From the sequence record LR999871: a DNA stretch of 64,000 nucleotides, one strand, 5' to 3'. Positions 59,383-64,000 of this stretch are shown piece by piece. The position numbers and the translations under genes were made by a program. The stretch is from Escherichia phage vB_Eco_Jura. Numbering within the stretch: the first letter of the stretch is position 1; each line of letters begins with the position of its first letter. The notes below the pieces were generated by a model. That model saw only the letters and a list, made by a program, of their open reading frames with translations, made no database searches and had not been told where the DNA came from.

Positions 59383-60702
59383 ATGTATAAAAGTACTACT
59401 AAGCTGCCACTAAATCCTGGTCAAGAGGCAGCGGCAGAAGGCTTCTTCGACTTTCTGCTCGACCCCAATGCTTCTGAACTTCGTATTAGTGGACCTGGTG
59501 GTACAGGCAAGACATTTACAATGGCTCATATGATTGACGAGATTATGCCCCGTTATCATGAGACATGTAGTCTGATGGGAATCCCTGCTCTCTATAACGA
59601 AGTTATTATGACTGCTACTACTAATAAGGCAGCAGAAGTATTAGCCCGTGCAACAGGGCGTCCTACGTCTACCTATCATTCCTTTCAAGGTCTGACAGTA
59701 CGGAATAACCTAAAGACTGGGGAAGCAGACCTGATTCCGTCTAAGTCCTTCAGTATCAAAAAGAATAAGGTCATTTTTATTGATGAAGCATCAATGATTG
59801 ACCGTAAACTGAAGAAGTTTATTAACGAAGGTACTCACCAAAGTAAGATTGTTTACTTAGGCGATAAATGCCAATTGTTACCTGTAAAGGAAACTTCTTC
59901 ACCTGTCTACAATGACAGTAGCATTAAAGAGTTTATGCTGACCCAGCAGATGCGTACTGATGTCCCTGAACTCCATGCACTGCATGAACAGCTTCGTGGA
60001 ACTATTGAAGGTAAGCACGGATTCCTGCCTATTAAAGCAGTTCCGGGTATTATCGACTGGATTGAAGATGGTGATGAAATGAGAAAAGAAGTCGAAGGTC
60101 ATTTCATGACTAAGACTGACACTCGTATTGTTGCCTATACCAACCAACAGGTTGTTAACTATAACACCTTCATTCGAGCCATGAATGGATTCCACGGAGA
60201 GTTCTGTATTGGTGAAGAGTTAGTAAGTAACTCTGCTATTCAGATTGGTGCTGGTGACCGCCTCAGTATTGAACAGGAATGCCAGATTGTTGACCAGGAT
60301 TCTGCTACTCGTAAGATTCTGATTGATTCCTCTGGCATCGAATTAGAAGTACGTGATTGCACCCTGGATACTGGTTATGGTGGTGTCTTTGAAGGTATCC
60401 CTATTCCGGTAGATATGGATTATTTCATTCGTTTGCAAAAGTACTATGCACACCAAAAGAACTGGGAACGTCACTTCTATTTGAAAGAAACATTCCCTGA
60501 ACTTCGAGCATTACATGCTTCTACTGTGCATAAGTCTCAAGGTTCTACCTACGACACCATCTTTATTGATGCTACTGATTTATCTACTTGCCGTCAGCCT
60601 GATGTAGTAGCACGTCTGCTTTATGTAGCAGTATCTCGTGCTCGTCATCGTGTTGTGTTCTATGGCTCTTTGGCAGAGAAATTTGGTGGTCTGGTTCGCT
60701 AA
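59383..60702 (+). CDS. SF1 DNA helicase (Dda/RecD-like), 439 aa
   Basis: Walker A GPGGTGKT, FIDEASM, TVHKSQGSTYD, YVAVSRAR. Confidence 0.85.
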   Translation: MYKSTTKLPLNPGQEAAAEGFFDFLLDPNASELRISGPGGTGKTFTMAHMIDEIMPRYHETCSLMGIPALYNEVIMTATTNKAAEVLARATGRPTSTYHSFQGLTVRNNLKTGEADLIPSKSFSIKKNKVIFIDEASMIDRKLKKFINEGTHQSKIVYLGDKCQLLPVKETSSPVYNDSSIKEFMLTQQMRTDVPELHALHEQLRGTIEGKHGFLPIKAVPGIIDWIEDGDEMRKEVEGHFMTKTDTRIVAYTNQQVVNYNTFIRAMNGFHGEFCIGEELVSNSAIQIGAGDRLSIEQECQIVDQDSATRKILIDSSGIELEVRDCTLDTGYGGVFEGIPIPVDMDYFIRLQKYYAHQKNWERHFYLKETFPELRALHASTVHKSQGSTYDTIFIDATDLSTCRQPDVVARLLYVAVSRARHRVVFYGSLAEKFGGLVR

Positions 60703-60711
60703 GGAGAACTT

Positions 60712-61239
60712 ATGCAACTGGGTGAAAAACAAATCCGTGAAATGACTAATAGTAGTGAACTGGTTCAGGAATTATTCTTAGCCGAGTTACGTCGGCTAGA
60801 TAAAGTACTGGATAGTATCATTACACGTAATGGGGAAACATTCGCTGTATACAACTCAACAGGGTTCCTGTATTTAGGGGAGTTCTATTCGAGTTCCCGT
60901 TCATCACAACAACCCCCTTCTGGTCATCGTCTGGCTCTAGCTAATCACCTACTGGATGATATGCGGGAGTATCTGGAACAAGCAGGTAAACTTCTGCTAG
61001 AAGTCCATATGGTAAATCAGATGGTCTTTCGTCTGGTTCAGGGCTGTAAGACTTATCAAGACGTTCGTGATGCATTGCCAGAATGCCTCATTGCTATGGA
61101 TAAACAGGGTCATCTGAAATCCTTACAGAGAACCAGAAAGGCAGCATTTACTCTGGATAATGATGCTATGGCTCTCCGTCAGTATGAGAAAATCTTACCG
61201 ATTATCGAATACTATGCGGGAACCCATCTTATCTTTTGA
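60712..61239 (+). CDS. Hypothetical protein, 175 aa
   Basis: ORF between helicase and polymerase. Confidence 0.55.
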   Translation: MQLGEKQIREMTNSSELVQELFLAELRRLDKVLDSIITRNGETFAVYNSTGFLYLGEFYSSSRSSQQPPSGHRLALANHLLDDMREYLEQAGKLLLEVHMVNQMVFRLVQGCKTYQDVRDALPECLIAMDKQGHLKSLQRTRKAAFTLDNDAMALRQYEKILPIIEYYAGTHLIF

Positions 61240-61246
61240 GGTCTGT

Positions 61247-63211
61247 ATGCGTCACATTACATTCAACAATGAGGGTATCTACCCTATTGCTATCCTTACT
61301 ACAACGTTACGTAAGGATGATATTGTCAAAGCATACATGGAACCCTGGGATGTAGATAAAGATTCAGTAATGATTCTTGAACTTCATACAGCCCCAGGGA
61401 AAAAGAAAACTCCTGCTAAAGAGATGCAGGAGTTTATTACCCAAGAATTAGTGCCAGCATTCGAAGCAGCACAAACTCAGTATATCATCTGTGGTGATTC
61501 TGAATATTACAAACAGCTAACCAAACAAGGTAAAGCTGATGCCAATATTGGCTATGTAATGGATTGTGCTTATGGGAACCAGAAAGTTATTTACGTTCCC
61601 AATTACAGACAAATCTTTTATGACCCGGATAAGGTAAAGACTAAGATTGCTTTATCTATGCAGGCTCTGATTGATTATGTCTCTGGTTCTTATGTTGAGC
61701 CAGGAACTAAGATTATCCACTATGCTGATTATCCATTAACTCCAGAAGCTATATCTAAGTGGTTAGATAAGTTACTGGAGATGAATGTTCCGTTAGCAGT
61801 GGATATAGAAACTTTCAGTCTGAAGCATTATGACTGTGGTATAGGCACTATTACATTCTGTTGGAACAAGCATGAAGGGATAGCATTCCCTGTGGATTAT
61901 GAACCAATTGAGGGGGCTACTGAAGCTCCTTATGGTAGACAAGTTCACAACATGCTTGTTCGTTCTATGCTCAGGGACTTTTTTATTAAGTATCTGAACA
62001 GGCAGATGTATCACAATATTGCCTTTGACGTATATGCACTCATTTACCAGTTATTTATGACAGACCTTCTGGATACGGAAGGGTTGTTGCATGGCATGAG
62101 TATCATGCTAAGAAACTGGGATTGCACTAAGTTAATTACCTATCTGGCCACTAATTCTTGTGCTGGTAATAAGCTAAGTCTTAAAGACCAGGCTCAGGAA
62201 TATGCTGGTAACTATGCTCAAGAAGAAATCAATGACATTACCAGAATCCCATTAGCAGAGTTGTTGGAATACAACTTAGTGGATGGATTATGTACCTGGT
62301 ATGTCTATGAAAAGCATTGGGATACTCTGGTTAATGACCAACAGTTAGATGTTTATACAAACATCTTTAAACCTGCATGTGAAGATATTATTCAAATGCA
62401 GTTAACTGGTATGCCTATCAATATGAAGACAGTATTGGAGGTAGAAGAAGCATTAACCCAAGACTATAACAATGCGTTAAAAACGATTGCTGACAGTAAA
62501 GTAATCAAAGATTTTACCCGTCTTCTTAATGAAGAATGGGTAGAAAAACAGAACCAGATTCTGAAGAAGAAACGAGTAACTTTAGCTGATGCTAAAGAGC
62601 AGTTTAATCCAAACTCAGGTGTTCAATTACAGAAGCTACTTTTTGAGTTCCTGGAGTTACCTGTGCTGGGTCTGACTGCAAGTAAACTACCCGCTACTGG
62701 TAGTGGCATACTCAAGTCTTTGAAGAACCATACTCAAGATGCCAGTATTCTGGAAATTCTTGATGCTCTGATTGATTACAAAGCTGTAGATAAAATTCTG
62801 ACAGCATTTATTCCAGCATTAAAAAATGCCAGACAAGGACCAGATGGTTGGCATTATCTCTTTGGTAATCTGAACTTAGGTGGGACTGTATCAGGTCGTC
62901 TATCCAGTAGTGAACCAAACCTACAGAACCTACCTTCTGGTTCCAGATATGCCAAGATGATTAAGAAATGCTTTGAGGCTCCCCCTGGGTGGATATTCTG
63001 TGGGCTAGACTTTGCTTCTCTCGAAGACCGTATATCTGCTTTAACAACCAAAGACCCTAACAAGCTGAAGGTGTACATGGGTGTGACTGTTTATACAGTT
63101 ACTATAGAAGGAGTTGACCATCATATCCGAGATGATGATACAATCGTTTATGATGGTAAAACTTATACCGGTGAGGAGTTCTATGACGCTTTTACCCGTG
63201 GCCTTCTATGA
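61247..63211 (+). CDS. DNA polymerase (family A), N-terminal part: 3-prime-5-prime exonuclease domain through motif A
   Basis: Exo motif LAVDIETFS; Pol A motif A LDFASLEDRI near C-terminus; ORF stops at 63211 before motif B; start MRHITF with GAGGT RBS. Confidence 0.8.
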   Translation: MRHITFNNEGIYPIAILTTTLRKDDIVKAYMEPWDVDKDSVMILELHTAPGKKKTPAKEMQEFITQELVPAFEAAQTQYIICGDSEYYKQLTKQGKADANIGYVMDCAYGNQKVIYVPNYRQIFYDPDKVKTKIALSMQALIDYVSGSYVEPGTKIIHYADYPLTPEAISKWLDKLLEMNVPLAVDIETFSLKHYDCGIGTITFCWNKHEGIAFPVDYEPIEGATEAPYGRQVHNMLVRSMLRDFFIKYLNRQMYHNIAFDVYALIYQLFMTDLLDTEGLLHGMSIMLRNWDCTKLITYLATNSCAGNKLSLKDQAQEYAGNYAQEEINDITRIPLAELLEYNLVDGLCTWYVYEKHWDTLVNDQQLDVYTNIFKPACEDIIQMQLTGMPINMKTVLEVEEALTQDYNNALKTIADSKVIKDFTRLLNEEWVEKQNQILKKKRVTLADAKEQFNPNSGVQLQKLLFEFLELPVLGLTASKLPATGSGILKSLKNHTQDASILEILDALIDYKAVDKILTAFIPALKNARQGPDGWHYLFGNLNLGGTVSGRLSSSEPNLQNLPSGSRYAKMIKKCFEAPPGWIFCGLDFASLEDRISALTTKDPNKLKVYMGVTVYTVTIEGVDHHIRDDDTIVYDGKTYTGEEFYDAFTRGLL

Positions 63212-63728
63212 ACAACGGTATAAGATTTCCGATGAAGGTTTCATCTTAAATCTTGCAAACAATCAACCCCTAAAACCGACTCTCAATCCTAACGGATACC
63301 TTAAGGTTGGGTTAGCTAATGGGGATGGTACACATCACCAAGAGCTACTTCATATTCTGGTAGCTAAACACTTCATCCCTAATCCTTATGGCTATGAACA
63401 GGTGAACCATAAAGATGGTAATAAACTGCATTGTCATAAGGATAATCTGGAATGGTGCTCTGCTACTCAGAATGTTGAACATGCACTTAAAACAAGGCTA
63501 CGTCCTGGTTACATGTCTGCTGACGATAAAGAAAAGTATCTCTTTGAGGTGCTGGCGGGTAAGCAAGTTAAAGACATTGCTTTTGAAATAGGTAGACGTC
63601 CTGAAACTTTGCATAAGATGCTCAGAACTACTGCTGACCGACTTGGTGTTCGAAATGAGTGGGATGATGTTATGAGGAGAAATAGAAAAGATGTTGCTTT
63701 ACGACAGCTTGCCAAAATCAACTCATGA
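63183..63728 (+). CDS. HNH homing endonuclease interrupting the DNA polymerase gene
   Basis: YEQRYKISDEGFILNL N-terminus and VNHKDGNKLHCHKDNLEWCSATQN HNH motif; GAGGAG RBS before ATG 63183 (track ORF extends to 63114). Confidence 0.8.
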   Translation: MTLLPVAFYEQRYKISDEGFILNLANNQPLKPTLNPNGYLKVGLANGDGTHHQELLHILVAKHFIPNPYGYEQVNHKDGNKLHCHKDNLEWCSATQNVEHALKTRLRPGYMSADDKEKYLFEVLAGKQVKDIAFEIGRRPETLHKMLRTTADRLGVRNEWDDVMRRNRKDVALRQLAKINS

Positions 63729-64000
63729 CTTCACTGGCAAGAAAATTGACAACGTAGTCAAAGCCGGGAGTTCATCAGGTTACGATGGGCATAGTCTTCG
63801 TGCATATGCTTACTTCGGTGAGATGATGCCCGACATTAAAGATACGGTAGAGTCTGTTAATTCTATTCAGGAGAAGTACAAAGCATATCGTCAGGATTCT
63901 AAAGCACCTACCTTTGCTCTTACCTATCAGGGTACGTACATCACTTTGATGAAGAACTGTGGTTTCCCTGAACAGAAAGCTCGAATGGTTGAGGAACGTT
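63691..64000 (+). CDS. DNA polymerase (family A), C-terminal part beginning before motif B (partial, runs off window)
   Basis: Frame open from 63676 to window end; DGHSLRAYAYFGE and motif B RQDSKAPTFALTYQG; possible ATG 63691 with GAGGAG 11 nt upstream. Confidence 0.7.
   Translation, partial: MLLYDSLPKSTHDFTGKKIDNVVKAGSSSGYDGHSLRAYAYFGEMMPDIKDTVESVNSIQEKYKAYRQDSKAPTFALTYQGTYITLMKNCGFPEQKARMVEER

Overview
The window reads as about 64 kb of an N4-like (Schitoviridae-type) podophage genome. All calls are from reading the sequence and ORF track by eye; no searches were run, and hand-derived coordinates for RNAs, hairpins and adjusted starts may be off by 1-2 nt. Layout: (i) 1-1390, a tRNA cluster (Asn, Ser, Thr, Pro) with long perfect hairpins and tRNA-like remnants, then two small plus-strand genes, one carrying a DUF2829 (Tad2-like) domain; (ii) 2283-36654 on the minus strand, a 3500-aa virion RNA polymerase followed by the virion, lysis, tail and terminase genes in N4 gp50-gp69 order; (iii) a 1.4-kb junction with hairpins and a C10 tract; (iv) 38000-64000 on the plus strand, early and middle genes driven by three hairpin promoters of the N4 vRNAP type (5-7 bp stem, 3-nt loop, GG at +11/+12), including a two-subunit T7-like RNAP II, decoration protein, SPFH lipoprotein, AAA+/VWA pair, dCTP deaminase, ThyX-like, rIIA/rIIB-like pair, Dda-like helicase and a family A DNA polymerase. 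Three HNH endonuclease genes are present; one interrupts the DNA polymerase between motifs A and B and one sits between the RNAP II subunit genes. Most interesting for follow-up: the Tad2-like fusion protein, the DUF4326 cluster, the interrupted polymerase and the structured RNAs in the tRNA cluster.
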